In this document: in pieces, positions 24,850 through 37,451 of the stretch
How positions within the stretch are numbered: position 1 is the first letter of the stretch
Layout: the number at the start of each line of letters is the position of its first letter
DNA from: Mesotaenium endlicherianum
Lineage: Eukaryota
Length of the DNA stretch: 64,000 bases
Reading direction: 5' to 3'
Assembly: GCA_009602735.1 (NCBI GenBank)
Contig: WELA01000805.1
Span: 469,173 to 533,172 of the forward strand
Notes under the pieces: generated by a model
Databases searched by the model: none
Told to the model about the DNA's origin: nothing
The model's input: the letters and a program-made list of their open reading frames with translations, nothing else
Translations under genes and position numbers: made by a program

Positions 24850-26041
24850 GGCCCCCACGGGACCCACCTGCAGCACTGGCGCCTACGGCAAAGCACCAGA
24901 AGCTCACGGTGACTTCCGACGTGTCGACGCCCGTCGCGGTAGCGAAGTCGGCGTAGATGCTGCCGAGATAAGTGCAAAAGTATTCAGTAGGTATGCTCTC
25001 TTGCAGTGTCCCTGCACCCGGAGGCTTCACAGGCGTATCCAAGACCAACACCGTGACAAACGTGGTAGCACCTCCTATTCGAGGAGCAAAGTCGATCCAG
25101 GCGTATTTGGGGTCACCATCTGCGGGAGTGGTTTGGCGCTGAGCTTGAGCGGGAGAAAACATGCTGTATCCTAAGTCCACTCCCACCGAGCTGTCAATGC
25201 CATCATCAATCTTATTATTCTAGGCAATGTCAAACTTGATGGCAAGGGACGGCTCCGCAGGAGGCGACGCCGCAAACCCCCAGCCCATGTATTTCCCGGT
25301 GTCCCCCAGGAGGCCTGGCAGCAGGTTGAGGAAGAACACCATCCTGTCCGCGTGATTTCCATCGATCTCGGGAGTCATCCAGAATTGAAAGGATGTGCTC
25401 CAGGGGACGCTGTCGCAGCCGGCACCGCCCGAGTAGTCCTGCAGCGTGAACGCCGTCGCGTAGCTAGCTATTCCTGCCTGGTTTGTAGGGGCCTCCGTCG
25501 TCAGCCGGAGGTGGCTTCCAATGGTTGCGGCTGATCTGTCGTGGATGAATTCGCTGATGCCGCTGAAGTTTGAGATGAACACGTACTCTGCAGCACAAAA
25601 GCAGCTTAGCAACCACAATATATCTGTTAGAAGATTGTCACTTACAGCAAAAACACAGAAAGGAAGACCACCTGCAGTGCTCAATCTTGCCAAGGGACCT
25701 CACCATGCTCAAGGGCAAGGGCAAACTAGAAGAGCCAAAAGAAGGGCAGTGCAGCAGCATGACTCGCCCACGCACAAGCCCAGCTTGTCTACTCCGGCCA
25801 GTCAGCGGCACAAAGCGGAAACTATGAGGCGTATGACTCACCAGGGGATGCAGATGGTGGTGGAGAGGTTGGTGGCGGAGGAACTGGTTGGGGGGAGGAT
25901 TACTGCAATGAGGCGGTGACGGTGATGACGGTCGCGGGGAGGACAGTTGTTGAACAAAAGATGGCGGAGGGGATGGTGGTGGCGAGGATGGTGGAGGGGA
26001 GGCAGGTGGCGGGGAGGATGGTGGCAAAGAGCTTGATGGTG
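24850..26041 (-). pseudogene. Legume (L-type) lectin domain gene, copy 1, with an upstream Ser/Pro-rich exon; frameshifted
   Basis: WSTSFQF...HADRMVFFL...LAIKFD, then VGVDL...KYAWIDF...YADFATATG...VSFWCF in a shifted frame. Acceptor TGCTGCAG near 25590; SPPP-rich exon about 25842-26041 flanked by AG and GTGAGT. Confidence 0.72.
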
Positions 26042-26943
26042 CTGCACACACATGCACTCAAGAGGCAAGGCAAAGTGAGGGAGAGAGGTTCTTCTTTCAA
26101 TCAGCAGCACCAGAGGTTTCACCAAAACACCTGCCGCACGCACCCTTACGGAAGAATTGGAACCCAAACTCGAACATAGCCACACCACTGGGGTTGCCTG
26201 ACAGCGGTTGTTGAGATGCTGACTTATGAGCCACCTGTCCATAGAGAAATACAACAACATGCAAGTGCTTCTTTGATTGCAACATGCTGTGAAAAGTGTG
26301 CATTCTGCCACGGGTAATTAAGGAGGCGGCTCTGCAAAGTCAATGAGGATTGAACATGGCCTGGTCATCATAGGTGCAACGGGTGGACTTCACAAGATTG
26401 TCACTGTCAGAAGTGAAGCCAACAACAGACTGGATAGAAAAGGGTCACAAAAGAGAGAGTGCAGGGGACACATTGGCCCTTCGGGCACAGTCCTCACTTA
26501 GCATAGTGTATTAAGGTGGCCGCGGCGTTGGACGACATTCTAAGAATACGTACTTGCATGCACAACTCAAAGCATCAGGAGTGGAAGTGAATATGGCTGG
26601 GAAGGCGGCAAGAAGACTTACGAGGAAGTGCAACACGCAGTGAAGCCGGGAATGCGGCACACTTGGCTGCACACAATACACGGGTCAAGGTACCCCCCTC
26701 CTCCAACAAGACGAGAGAGTGAACAAGTCTTTTCATGAACAAGTTGAGCATCACACTACGTGTGTATGGAAAGCCACCGGTCATCTTTCTGGCATGTAGA
26801 GAGCAATGGCTTGAGGCTGGCTTTTAAGTGCTGATCTTACTTGATTGCATGCTTGACTTTGGACGGACCACTTTGGTCTTATAGTGGTGGTCCACGCAGG
26901 CACTGGGGGGCACTTGTCCTAGTTCCTCGTGGGGACCATGCCC

Positions 26944-27891
26944 TCATGGGCTTGCCATGGATGTTTTGACATCACGCTCCACTTCACTTGCCAAAAGCAG
27001 TTCAAGCAGGGGCAGAAAAAGAGTCAAAATAGGAGCCTGAGGAAGACGATCAGGTGCGTGCACCACCGCAACCGAGTCAAGTGCTTGCAGAAGGGTACAT
27101 ACTACTTTCACAACCTGACATGGGGCAAGAGCGACAAGAGGTGACGAGGCCCCGTGGGACCCACTTGCAGCACTGGCGCCGCTGGCAAAGCACCTGGAGC
27201 TCACGGTGACTTCCGACGTTTCGTCGCCCGTCGCGGCAGCAAAGCCAGCATGAAGGTTGCCCGGGGAGCGGCAGAAGAGGTTGCTGGCCACGACCGCAAG
27301 CATGGGTCCGGCCGTCGTCGGCTTCACGGGCGTGTCCAAGACCCACCCCTCGAGGTGCGCACTCACAGAGCCTGCCTGAGGCGTGAAGTTGACCCAGGCG
27401 TACTTGGGGGCGCCGTCCGCAAACTTGACCACCCTCTGGAAGTTGTACGACGAGAGAGACACTATGTTGAAGTCCAGGTCCACCCCCACCATGCTGTGCA
27501 CGCCGACGACGTCGCCAAAGCTTGCGTTGGGGTGGATGTCATACTCGATGGCAAACGACGGCCCCGCAAGAGCAGATGACTCGAACCCCCAGCCCATGAA
27601 GTTTCGCGCGGCCCCCAGGAGGCCCGGGAGCGGGATGAGGAAGAACACCATCCCGTCCGCGTGATTTCCATTGGGCTCGGGAGTCATCCAAAACTGAAAG
27701 GATGTGCTCCAGGAGACGCTGGCGCAACCGGCGCCGCCCAAGTAGTCCTGCAGCGCGAACGCCGTCAAATAGTTGGCCATTCTAGTCTGCTTTGCGGCGG
27801 CCTCCGTCGTCAGCCGGAGGAGGCTTCCCACGGCCACGATCAATCCGTCGTAGACAAATTCGCTGGCGCCGCTGAAGTCCAAGACAAACAC
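26944..27891 (-). CDS. Legume (L-type) lectin domain exon, copy 2 (open frame; true exon limits uncertain)
   Basis: LRLT...SWSTSFQFWM...ADGMVFFL...SFAIEYD...VGVDLD...YAWVNF...KPT...AGFAAATG...VSSRCF follows the legume lectin motif order. Small PPPSPPLPPPG exon at about 28179-28219. Confidence 0.75.
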   Translation of the reverse strand: MFVLDFSGASEFVYDGLIVAVGSLLRLTTEAAAKQTRMANYLTAFALQDYLGGAGCASVSWSTSFQFWMTPEPNGNHADGMVFFLIPLPGLLGAARNFMGWGFESSALAGPSFAIEYDIHPNASFGDVVGVHSMVGVDLDFNIVSLSSYNFQRVVKFADGAPKYAWVNFTPQAGSVSAHLEGWVLDTPVKPTTAGPMLAVVASNLFCRSPGNLHAGFAAATGDETSEVTVSSRCFASGASAASGSHGASSPLVALAPCQVVKVVCTLLQALDSVAVVHAPDRLPQAPILTLFLPLLELLLASEVERDVKTSMASP

Positions 27892-29791
27892 ATACTTTGT
27901 AGCAGCAGCAGCACAGGGAGCACATCGGGCAATAGGTCAAAAAGGACTCGTGAGCATCCGCCACCTGGAGGGTCCGTTGGCAATGCCGGCAACTTATGCG
28001 GCTGCTTCTTGCGAGGAGAGCACTCTCACAGATGCTGCCGACCCAATGCAGCTTATGGGTGCATGCTGCTACAATGAGCAAGACCAAGTCGACGCGTTAC
28101 TTGCAAGCCAGCAAAAGATGGGAGCAAAAGGCCATGGGCACGGGCTTAAATTCGGGAGCAGGCAAATGAGTGGCTCACCGCCAGGAGGCGGCAGAGGAGG
28201 CGATGGAGGTGGTCCGCGGCTACGCAATGACAACGAAGGCGGTTAGCGGACAAGCGCAGCATCAGCACTCTCTCTCATTAAGCCGCGCAAGCACCAAGGC
28301 CCCACGCAGAAGTCAGCACGGAGCAGCAGAGTTGGGGCAATAGTGCCATTGCCTTGGGTTCACCTCCTATCTTGCATGTACTCAGCCTTTTGCCGCACAC
28401 GATACCAGGAGGCTAGTGACATGCGAGGGGACGAAGATGGCAGCAGAATATCTGATAGTGGAGAAGTTGGTAGAGGGCGGGAAGGTGGCACTCCACGCTC
28501 TGGCGGCCTATACTATTGCCGAGTTGTGAGCAATGGATACTCGGGCATAGCATAACAAAGAGGGGCAAGAGGACGACGTGCACTCGCGGTCCTCGTGTGC
28601 TAAAACGATCCGGACATAGGAGCGCTCGCGAAGACAAGTTCAAACAGGATGCATTTGGACTTGAAGCGGACCAACTTAGGGACCACCACGGCCCTCTGAT
28701 GAGATTGTCTCCCACAAATCGCTCACGACGAAGAAAGCAATACGCGGAGCTTAATCTTGGCCCTGACATTGCCGGGGAAATGGCAAACAAGACGGAGGAA
28801 AGCAAGGCGAACAATGCAGCAGCATGCATTATCCAGGAACACACCCATACACAGAGAAGGCAATGCAATTCAAAGGGGGAAACAACAAAAATCAACCACC
28901 ACTAGCAACAAACTCCACTACGCGCCCTTGGTGAGGATCCGATGACTTATGCTTGAACATAGCGACGCCACCCTGAGCTGTTGCAAATTTGCCTCGTCAG
29001 AGAGAGTAGAATGATGTGCAAGACCTCCTCCAGTTTCAAAAAGGATTTAGAGGTTTGCATGCAAGTCGCAACGGTGGCAAGGTATGTAGTGAGGACTGCC
29101 ACACAACGCGCCAGCACTTGTAGATGCAACAGGTGGAGCTCACAAAAGTGTCAGTGAAAGCAATGTTGCTGCCAAGAATCTTGTTGACAAGAGTGTCCAC
29201 ACAACATATGGGCGCTACAAACGGATCGATGTGTCTGCCACAGGCTGTGCATTACATATGATATGGGAGGCCGTCTTGAGGTGTAGCTACAAAGGGACAA
29301 CAATGGCAACTGACGTGCAAAGGAAGGTCTTGCAAGAGTACCAGGAGTAACCGGAGAATATGGCCAGGCTGGCGACAAGAATACTTACGAGGAAGCGCAA
29401 CCAGCGGCGGAGCCGGGAACGCAACGCACTTGGCTGCAGACAAAGCACCGACCAAAGTGCCCCCCGGCCCCCGACAAGACAGCATAGTAAGAATCACAGG
29501 GCCTGTGAATCTAATGAGCTGAGCAGTGCTGAGCGCTGCGTGTGGAGAAGCTTCTGGCAAGTAGGGGCAAAGGCTCAAGGCTGGCTCAAAGGTGCTCATT
29601 TGATTCAATTGCGTGCTTGTTCCTACCAGCTCCCCTTTGGTTTTGATAGCGGCTACTTCTGGTTTCTGCTATTCTCAGGGGCGGTCCATGCAGGCACTGG
29701 GGGCCTTGTCCTAGTTCCTTCTGGGGACCATGCCCTCCTGGGCTCATCATGAAGGGTCAACACCGTGATCCACTTCAGTCGGAAAAGCAGT

Positions 29792-30050
29792 TCAAGTAGG
29801 CAGCAGAAAGAGACAGCGAATAGGAGCCCGAGGCGGACGATCAGGTGCCTGCACCACCGCAATCGAGTCATGTACTCGCAGGAGGGCACATACTATTTTC
29901 ACAACCAAACATGGAACAAGAGCGGCAAGAGGTGGCGAGGCCCCGTGGGACCCACCTGCAGCATTGGCGCCGCTAACAAAGCACCAGGAGCTCACGGTGA
30001 CTTTCGACGTGTCGTCGCCCATCGCAGCAGCAAAGCCAGCGTAGACGCTG
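29792..30050 (-). pseudogene. 3' remnant of a third lectin copy, truncated by the LTR of element D
   Basis: VYAGFAAAMGDDTSKVTVSSWCF; downstream about 29340-29950 resembles 26580-27150. Confidence 0.7.
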
Positions 30051-30771
30051 TGTAAGGTCATAGGTTTATAAAGTGCATTTTTGAGTTCCTTGAAAGTAGG
30101 TTTTGATTGCATAGAACAGTACAGTGCATTTTTGTGGTCATTTTGATATAAAGGTCATCGAATTTGGTTGAGTAATGAGAGAGTCGTGGACTTCTGAAGT
30201 TTAATTAGTTTTGAGGTCGGTCGACGACTGTCCTTAATTCACGGTAAGCGCGACCGTTGGATTGACCGACAGCGTCGAGCAATGTGGGCCGTTAGAGTGA
30301 AATCGAACCTTCACGTAGTTTTGGCTGACGCGGAGTGCCGACCAAGTCGATTTACCTATAAGTTTCGGATTAGCCTAGCGCGTCTAAGTTTGCATATTCT
30401 AGAAATATCGATGCATGCATGTGGACGTCAAATCGGCCCGACACGTCAAATGAGACTGATCTGGCCTACTCTCGAATATTCTGGAAGGGACGATTTGACA
30501 AACACTCAAGAAAATCTGTTGCTAAGCGGCCATTCTGCCTAGAGAGGAGGACTTAGGTCACAAAACTATAAATAGGCATAACTTCCTCATTTTCACTTCT
30601 CTACATTTCTACGGGTTTTTAAGGACAAGACCTTTCATCCTAGTCCATTTGTGAGCACTTTCTTGCTACTCAAAATGTCAAGTTATCATCCTAAGCTTTC
30701 TTAGTGACATGTCGTTGCACTCATTAGTATGATTGCAACTAGTGCTTTTCCTCGTGAGTCACCACACTTTC

Positions 30772-31274
30772 TGTAGTGAAACAGATAGATAAAGTACTTA
30801 GTAAAACAGAATACTTTATCTATTCAAGACAAGGATCTTTGAACACAAGTGGTAGCTTCTTGAAAGAGAGATGGCTTCTTGAAAGTTAATATATTTCTGG
30901 ATTTTGGCAAGTACAAGAGTGATTCTGGAATGTCTTTCTATGTTCTAGCTCTTGTTTATATACTTGCTACATAAGTAATTTCTAGGAAGGTGTATGTTGA
31001 TGTGTTGGCACCCAACACATCCCAAAACTTGCCACCTCTTTCTAGAATAATGTACACATGTCCTTTTGACCTAAAAATGGCACATTTGACTTTTGCCACA
31101 TGGAGTTCTTCTAGGTCTTTCCTCTAACTTCGAAAATGCCTTGGAAGGTTCAAAGGACATGAACCAAGTTACTAGAGTACCTATTCACACTTGACTCCAC
31201 ACAATACTACTCCAAATATATTTGAAAACATTAAAATATATGCAAACTAATATATAATAACTCAAATCACTACA
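30772..31274 (-). repeat. 3' LTR of element E
   Basis: TGTAGTGA...TCACTACA, perfect 8-bp inverted termini. Confidence 0.95.
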
Positions 31275-31311
31275 TCACCCCCCCGATAGAAAAAGCGACG
31301 TCTCGGCGCGT

Positions 31312-31437
31312 CAAGTCAGGTCTTACACATGTGGAGCAAACTAGTCAACAGTTTCAAGTCAGATGCCACACATGTGAAGAGGACTAGTCAAAGGCGCCAA
31401 GTCAGGTGCTACACATGTAAGGTAGACTAGGCAAGGT
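31312..31437. repeat. Three imperfect ~43-bp tandem repeats in the 3' UTR of element E
   Basis: CAAGTCAG.T..ACACATGT...ACTAG.CAA occurs three times next to the PPT. Confidence 0.75.
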
Positions 31438-32043
31438 CGTAGGTGGTGTGACCTTATTGGCTAGCCTACTCCTTAATGATAAAGAAAATTGTACAAGTTG
31501 GCCCAGAATCTGCCACGAACTCAAAAATTCATAGCGGCCACAGAACTGCTCCAAATCTGAAAATTCGAGTGCCAGACGGACCGCGTCGGAGAACTCTACC
31601 GGGTCACCAAATTTGAGAGCATTCTCATTTCTGGAGTGTCGTTGAGAGCTGAGAGAGTAGGCACTCCTCCAAATCTGTGCAGAAACTTCTGAAAATCATA
31701 AGTCCTTCTATACTTCTCCAAATTCTGCAAACTAAGTCTCAAACTGGGCGCTGTAAGATGTTCTACCAGAGTCTTGAGTTTCAGAGCATTCCAAGTTCAG
31801 GGGAGGGCACAATGTCAGAAGGCATATTCTGCCCTAACAATGCCAGCAGCCTGACCCCCTTCTACTTAGAGCATCATATCTCTCTCACCAGTGCTCCAAA
31901 TTGAGCAAACTTGGACTCTAAATGACCGGCTACTCATGGACTACAGCCAGGTAAATTTTCAGAATTTATTATGCAGAGACCTATTACCAGTAGCAGTTTT
32001 AGTTTTCTGTCCAGAAACTGCGAGAAGAGAAGAGTGTCTAATG

Positions 32044-35000
32044 TCAATTTTTCCTCTTTCTTGTTCTTGCAGGCTGCCTCCAAGGGGTCTTCTGCTGCTT
32101 CTTGATGGTGGCAGGCTGCCTCCCTGAAGTCTTCGGGCTTCTAGTAGAGAGACTTGGGGCTGGTCCAAGATGGGGGTTGGCGGCATGGAAGCGCTTCAAC
32201 TTTCTCTGAACTTTGTCAAGGTAGTGCGCCGCCACCCAACTATTCTCCGAATCTGGATATCCTTTCCACTTGATCAAGTATTGCTGCTGTCTCCTGAAAT
32301 TTCTCATAGCCACTATGTCTTCCACTTCGTACTCCAAATGATCATCCACTATTGTTGGGGCTGGTGGGGTTGTCACACGTCCTGGGAACTTGTTGTCGGG
32401 TTGCACATATGGCTTGAAGAGGGAAGCGTGGAATACGGGGTCGATGTGCATAGTCTGGGGAAGTTCTAGCTTGAAAGCAACGGGGTTGACTTGCTGGATA
32501 ATCTTGAAGGGTCCCAAATACTTGGGAGAGAACTTGCTGCCGGCAGGCCTGTTGTTCAGGGAAATGTTCTTGGATGATAGTAACACGTTGTCACCCACTC
32601 TGTACGTAATTTCTCTTCTGGATCTGTTCGCCACTCTTGCTTGAGCATCTTGCGCGTGTTGTAGAGCTTTCTTCGCTGCTGTAAGGGCTGCTTCTAATGT
32701 CTCCATAAAATCTGTGGCTGCAGGTACTTCATCATGGCCAGCCGTGAAGCTCAGTGGCGTGGTCGGATGGAAGCCATAGTTGAGGAAGAATGGGGACTCT
32801 TGGGTAGAGGCCTGCGTAGTGTTGTTGTAGGCAAACTCGAGGGGGGTCAAGTACATGTCCCAGTCTTGCTCGAGGGTAGACACGTAGGCCTTTAGAGAGG
32901 TCTTTAGGGTACGATTCATACGCTCGGTTTGCCCATCTGATTGTGGGTGGTAGGCAGTAGACATATCCAGCGATGTACCCAAGTTCTTGAAGAGATTTTT
33001 CCAGAAATGGCTTGTGAATCTTGGATCTCTATCTGACACAATTCTTGATGGTAGTCCATGGAGTCGGAAGATGTTGTCAAAGATGAGTCTTGCAAGTTGT
33101 GGTGCTGTAGCCTTAGTCGTCGTGGGAATAAAATGAGCCATCTTGGTAAGTCTGTCCACCGCCGTGAGTATTGCATTATGGCCTCGAGGTGTCACGGGCA
33201 AGTCCACGATAAGGTCCATTGAGATGTCCGTCCATTGTCTTTCGGGGATTGGTAGTGGTTGGAGGAGTCCTCCCGCCTTTTGCGATGATGGCTTGATTCT
33301 TTGGCATGTGTCACAGCTCCTGCAGTACTCCTTGACTTGCTTAGACATGCCTGGCCAACAATAAGTCCTAGCTAGAACGCCCGTGGTCCTTAGGATTCCA
33401 AAGTGTCCTCCAAGAGGGTTGTCGTGTGCTTCTCGTAGAAGCAAGAGCCGGAGGTCTAAGTCATTAGGAACACATCTCTGGCCCGTATCTTGCCTCACCC
33501 AATAATTGCCTTCTTGCTTCTTGCATGGGTCCAAGGCTGCTTCTCCGTTCTTGTAGTAAGGGTCTCTTTCATAGGCGGCTGAAAATCGAGCTTCCAGATC
33601 TGTCTTCAGGGATACCATCACTGCATTTAATTGCAGTCTTGAGAGGGGGTCAGCCGGGTTTGTCTTGCCGGGCTGGTACTGAATCGTGATGTTGTATTGT
33701 TGCAAGTATCCGCTCCATCTTGCTTGTCTCCTTGAGAGATACGGCTGCGTTTGGAGGTGCTTTAACGCCTCGTGGTCCGTGGTGACCAGTACTTTGCGTC
33801 CTTCAACGTAGCAGCGCCAAACCTTCAAGGCATGTACAATCGCCAATGCCTCTCGCTCCGTGGTTGTATAATTTTGCTCGGCTGGATTTAGCTTCCTTGA
33901 CTCGTAGGCGATGGGCTGCAGTCCCTTGCCTTGGTCTTGAAGCAGGATTGCTCCTATTGCATAGGAAGATGCATCGGTGATGACGTGGAAGGGCCAATCT
34001 GGGTTTGGACTTGGGAGTGTGAGCACCGGGGATGTGGTCAATCTTCGCTTTAACTCTTGAAATGCCTCTTCCTCTTTCTCGGTCCATGTATATAGCCTGT
34101 CCTTCTTGAGTAGATCTGTCAGGGGGGCTGCTATGTGCGAGAAGCCTTGGATGAATTTTCTGTACCAATTGGCAAATCCCAAGAATGACTGGAGTTCTTT
34201 CTTGGTCGTGGGGGTTGGCCATTCCTCCACCACCGTGGTCTTCTTGGGGTCTATCTTGATGCCATCAGCAGTCACGTGGAGACCTAGGAACTCCACTTCT
34301 TGTTTGGCAAACTCGCATTTTGACTCCTTCGCAAACAGCTTGTTTTGCTTCAATACTTCAAGGACTTCTTTCAAGTGTCTCGCATGCTCTTCAAGGGTCT
34401 TGCTGTAGATAAGGATGTCATCGATGAATACCACCACAAATCTGTCCAACATGGGCTGAAATATGGTGTTCATCATAGTCATGAAAGTTGCTGGCGCGTT
34501 GGTGAGTCCAAATGGCAGGACCATGAACTCAAAATGTCCATATCTTGTCCTGAATGCCGTCTTCTCTATGTCCGGTTCTGCGATGCGAATCTGGTGGTAG
34601 CCGCTCCGTAAGTCAATCTTCGTGAAGTACTTGGCTCCAACCAGCCGGTCCATGAGCTCATCCATGCGCGGCAGCGGGTATCGATTCTTGATGGTGATCT
34701 TGTTGAGGGCGCGATAGTCCACACACATCCTCAAGGTACCATCTTTCTTCTTGACAAATAGCACCGGGGCTCCAAATGGCGACTTGCTAGGTCGAATGAA
34801 GCCATGCTCCAGTAGCTCCTTGATTTGCTTCTTGACTTCGTCTAGCTCCGTGTATGACATTTTGAACGTAGGCCGAGAGATGGGCTTGCTTCCGGGCTCC
34901 AACTCTATCTTGTGGTCTACGAATCTTTTGGGGGGTAGGCCCTTGGGCAATTCCGGGGAGAACACTTCTTTGTAGTCCTCTAAGACTTCTTGTATCTCCT

Positions 35001-35709
35001 TGGGAACGGGGCTGCCTTCTTGACTCTCGATGTCTTTCTTGATGTCTTTTGGCGTGATCAAGGCCAAAAGAAGCTCGTGTCCCTTCCTCACAAGTCTCTT
35101 GAGTTGGAGGGCGGACAATAGTATCTCGTGTGCCGGCTTCTGGATGTCTTGGGTCTGGATATTCTGGATTGCGCGCAAAATACAGATTCTTGAAGTGATG
35201 TCATTCTTGATCTTGATAGTACCGGTCCTCCAATCAACTTGGGGGTTGTGCTTGGTCAACCAAGGCGTCCCTAGGATGACGTCGTACTTGCCCAATTGCA
35301 TGGGGGAGAACACTACTCTATCCTTGAAGGACTTGATAGAGAGTGCCAAGGGGTACGTCTTCTTGGAAGGGGTAGTATAGGAGAATCCATCGGGCATCAT
35401 AATCTCCTCGTCGTGGTCAAGAGTTCGCATAGTAATACCGTGCTTGGTGGCAAAATCTGCAGCAATGAAGTTGCCTTGAGCTCCGCTATCCACCAAGATG
35501 TGGACCTTCTCTCCTCCAAGGTAACCTCTCAAACTCATTGGGGCTGGAACGTCGTCTTCAACGGGGGTCTCCACCTCACTTGGCGTGTTGCCTTCTCGTG
35601 AAGTGGGTCTTGGGGTGGTAGGCTCCTGGCCTACCGGCGCTGTCCGTTTTTTGACAACTTTTTGGGGCATGAAAGTGCACGATGGCCCTTTTCCTTGCAA
35701 TAAAAGCAT
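32044..35709 (-). CDS. pol: Element E pol: protease, RT, RNase H, integrase, chromodomain (probably reached by -1 frameshift)
   Basis: 1221-aa open frame; [51 protein letters not shown]...YLIKWKGY. Confidence 0.96.
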   Translation of the reverse strand: MLLLQGKGPSCTFMPQKVVKKRTAPVGQEPTTPRPTSREGNTPSEVETPVEDDVPAPMSLRGYLGGEKVHILVDSGAQGNFIAADFATKHGITMRTLDHDEEIMMPDGFSYTTPSKKTYPLALSIKSFKDRVVFSPMQLGKYDVILGTPWLTKHNPQVDWRTGTIKIKNDITSRICILRAIQNIQTQDIQKPAHEILLSALQLKRLVRKGHELLLALITPKDIKKDIESQEGSPVPKEIQEVLEDYKEVFSPELPKGLPPKRFVDHKIELEPGSKPISRPTFKMSYTELDEVKKQIKELLEHGFIRPSKSPFGAPVLFVKKKDGTLRMCVDYRALNKITIKNRYPLPRMDELMDRLVGAKYFTKIDLRSGYHQIRIAEPDIEKTAFRTRYGHFEFMVLPFGLTNAPATFMTMMNTIFQPMLDRFVVVFIDDILIYSKTLEEHARHLKEVLEVLKQNKLFAKESKCEFAKQEVEFLGLHVTADGIKIDPKKTTVVEEWPTPTTKKELQSFLGFANWYRKFIQGFSHIAAPLTDLLKKDRLYTWTEKEEEAFQELKRRLTTSPVLTLPSPNPDWPFHVITDASSYAIGAILLQDQGKGLQPIAYESRKLNPAEQNYTTTEREALAIVHALKVWRCYVEGRKVLVTTDHEALKHLQTQPYLSRRQARWSGYLQQYNITIQYQPGKTNPADPLSRLQLNAVMVSLKTDLEARFSAAYERDPYYKNGEAALDPCKKQEGNYWVRQDTGQRCVPNDLDLRLLLLREAHDNPLGGHFGILRTTGVLARTYCWPGMSKQVKEYCRSCDTCQRIKPSSQKAGGLLQPLPIPERQWTDISMDLIVDLPVTPRGHNAILTAVDRLTKMAHFIPTTTKATAPQLARLIFDNIFRLHGLPSRIVSDRDPRFTSHFWKNLFKNLGTSLDMSTAYHPQSDGQTERMNRTLKTSLKAYVSTLEQDWDMYLTPLEFAYNNTTQASTQESPFFLNYGFHPTTPLSFTAGHDEVPAATDFMETLEAALTAAKKALQHAQDAQARVANRSRREITYRVGDNVLLSSKNISLNNRPAGSKFSPKYLGPFKIIQQVNPVAFKLELPQTMHIDPVFHASLFKPYVQPDNKFPGRVTTPPAPTIVDDHLEYEVEDIVAMRNFRRQQQYLIKWKGYPDSENSWVAAHYLDKVQRKLKRFHAANPHLGPAPSLSTRSPKTSGRQPATIKKQQKTPWRQPARTRKRKN

Positions 35710-36911
35710 AGTCCAGCCGTCATGAGAGCTTCTTTTTCAGCCGGGGAGAGTCTTGCTTTCACTCCTTGCTGGTTTCTTGCATCATAAGTGTCATTGGAGG
35801 GTCTTCCACTCTTCCGGGCAGCCGCGGGGTCCCTTTTAATAACTCCGATTTCCATGGGTGTGGGTCCAGATTCGGATGTGGAAGGGGCTGCGTACACCCG
35901 CGTCGTCGGTACCCGTGAAGATGAAGGCACGGAGTGCTTGAAATCCAAGGTATCCACCTTTTGGGCCACTTCAATGATCTTTGAGAAGTCCGTCAAGTCG
36001 CGTAACTCCACTTCCTTTGCCACCTTGGGTTTGAGGCCAAAGATGTAGCGGTCAATCTTCTCCTCGAGAGACATGTTGGGGATCTCAAGAGTGAGGGCGT
36101 GAAATCTGGATGTATACTCTTGAACGGACGTCGTTTGCTTGAGATGGTGGAGCTTTCCTCGGGCAATCTTCTCCGCATTGATGGGCATGAATTGCTTCTT
36201 GAGGGCCTCACGAAAATCTGCCCATCTTGCATATGATGGTGGGGGCTCTTGGCCGAGCATGGGGTGCGCCATAGCTTGATATATAGCCGCTTGATAGTTA
36301 CGCCACCATGATGTTGCTGCTCCTCTAAGTAAGGTAACGGCAAAGGGAACGTAGTCCTCCTCGGGTACTTCAAGGAATGCGAGGTACGTCTCCACTTGGT
36401 AGAGCCATAAATTCAGGTTGGCACCTTTCCCGGGGTTGAAAGTGTCGGGTTTGCCGGGCTTGATGAGTTTCCTTGCTCTCGTTGGCTCTTGTGGAGGCGC
36501 TTGAGCCGGGGCTGGATTTTGAGCATTGCTCGCAATAGGGGCAACCATGGCAGCCATAGCTTCTCTTGACGCTTGCACGGTTGCTTCATAGGTGGCCAAG
36601 CCCACTTGGTTGTGGACGGTCATTAGGAAGGCTGCCCACTCATTTGCGGGAACTCCTTGTGGTGGGGTCAACTTTGCTATAGCGGCTGCCACGGGATTTG
36701 ACGGTGCTCCTCCTTGTGGTGCTTCTTGTTGTTGGAGATTTCCTTGAGTAGGCTCTCCCATCGACGCTGGAGGAGGGTGTGCTCCTCCTTGTGGTGCTTC
36801 TTGTTGTTGCAGATTTTCTTGAGTGGGCTCTCCCATCGGCGCTGGAGGAGGGTGTCTTGGAGAGGAAGGGCTTCCTTCGAAAGCTTGCTGTTGGTCTTGA
36901 GGATCGGCCAT
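35631..36911 (-). CDS. gag: Element E gag with CCHC zinc knuckle and a 25-aa N-terminal duplication
   Basis: 426 aa; [54 protein letters not shown] occurs twice. Confidence 0.95.
   Translation of the reverse strand: MADPQDQQQAFEGSPSSPRHPPPAPMGEPTQENLQQQEAPQGGAHPPPASMGEPTQGNLQQQEAPQGGAPSNPVAAAIAKLTPPQGVPANEWAAFLMTVHNQVGLATYEATVQASREAMAAMVAPIASNAQNPAPAQAPPQEPTRARKLIKPGKPDTFNPGKGANLNLWLYQVETYLAFLEVPEEDYVPFAVTLLRGAATSWWRNYQAAIYQAMAHPMLGQEPPPSYARWADFREALKKQFMPINAEKIARGKLHHLKQTTSVQEYTSRFHALTLEIPNMSLEEKIDRYIFGLKPKVAKEVELRDLTDFSKIIEVAQKVDTLDFKHSVPSSSRVPTTRVYAAPSTSESGPTPMEIGVIKRDPAAARKSGRPSNDTYDARNQQGVKARLSPAEKEALMTAGLCFYCKEKGHRALSCPKKLSKNGQRR
35646..35652 (-). promoter_or_regulatory. Candidate -1 ribosomal frameshift slippery site A_AAA_AAC
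   Basis: gag reads TCA AAA AAC GGA CAG CGC CGG TAG; pol is in the -1 frame. Confidence 0.75.
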
Positions 36912-36948
36912 CTTCTTGTGCTACCAAAGTGCCTAGCTCCGATACCAC

Positions 36949-37451
36949 TGTAGTGAAACAGATAGATAAAGTACTTAGTAAAACAGAATACTTTATCTAT
37001 TCAAGACAAGGATCTTTGAACACAAGTGGTAGCTTCTTGAAAGAGAGATGGCTTCTTGAAAGTTAATATATTTCTGGATTTTGGCAAGTACAAGAGTGAT
37101 TCTGGAATGTCTTTCTATGTTCTAGCTCTTGTTTATATACTTGCTACATAAGTAATTTCTAGGAAGGTGTATGTTGATGTGTTGGCACCCAACACATCCC
37201 AAAACTTGCCACCTCTTTCTAGAATAATGTACACATGTCCTTTTGACCTAAAAATGGCACATCTGACTTTTGCCACATGGAGTTCTTCTAGGTCTTTCCT
37301 CTAACTTCGAAAATGCCTTGGAAGGTTCAAAGGACATGAACCAAGTTACTAGAGTACCTATTCACACTTGACTCCACACCATACTACTTCAAATATATTT
37401 AAAAACATTAAAATATATGCAAACTAATGTATAATAACTCAAATCACTACA
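36949..37451 (-). repeat. 5' LTR of element E
   Basis: Direct repeat of 30772-31274; adjacent to the PBS. Confidence 0.95.

Larger units (their letters stand above)
30772..37451 (-). mobile_element. Intact Ty3/gypsy chromovirus, family E
   Basis: 503-bp LTRs 30772-31274 and 36949-37451 (about 5 differences seen by eye); TSD CTTTC (30767-30771, 37452-37456); PBS TGGTATCGGAGC 36936-36947; PPT at about 31275-31285; uninterrupted gag and pol. Confidence 0.97.
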
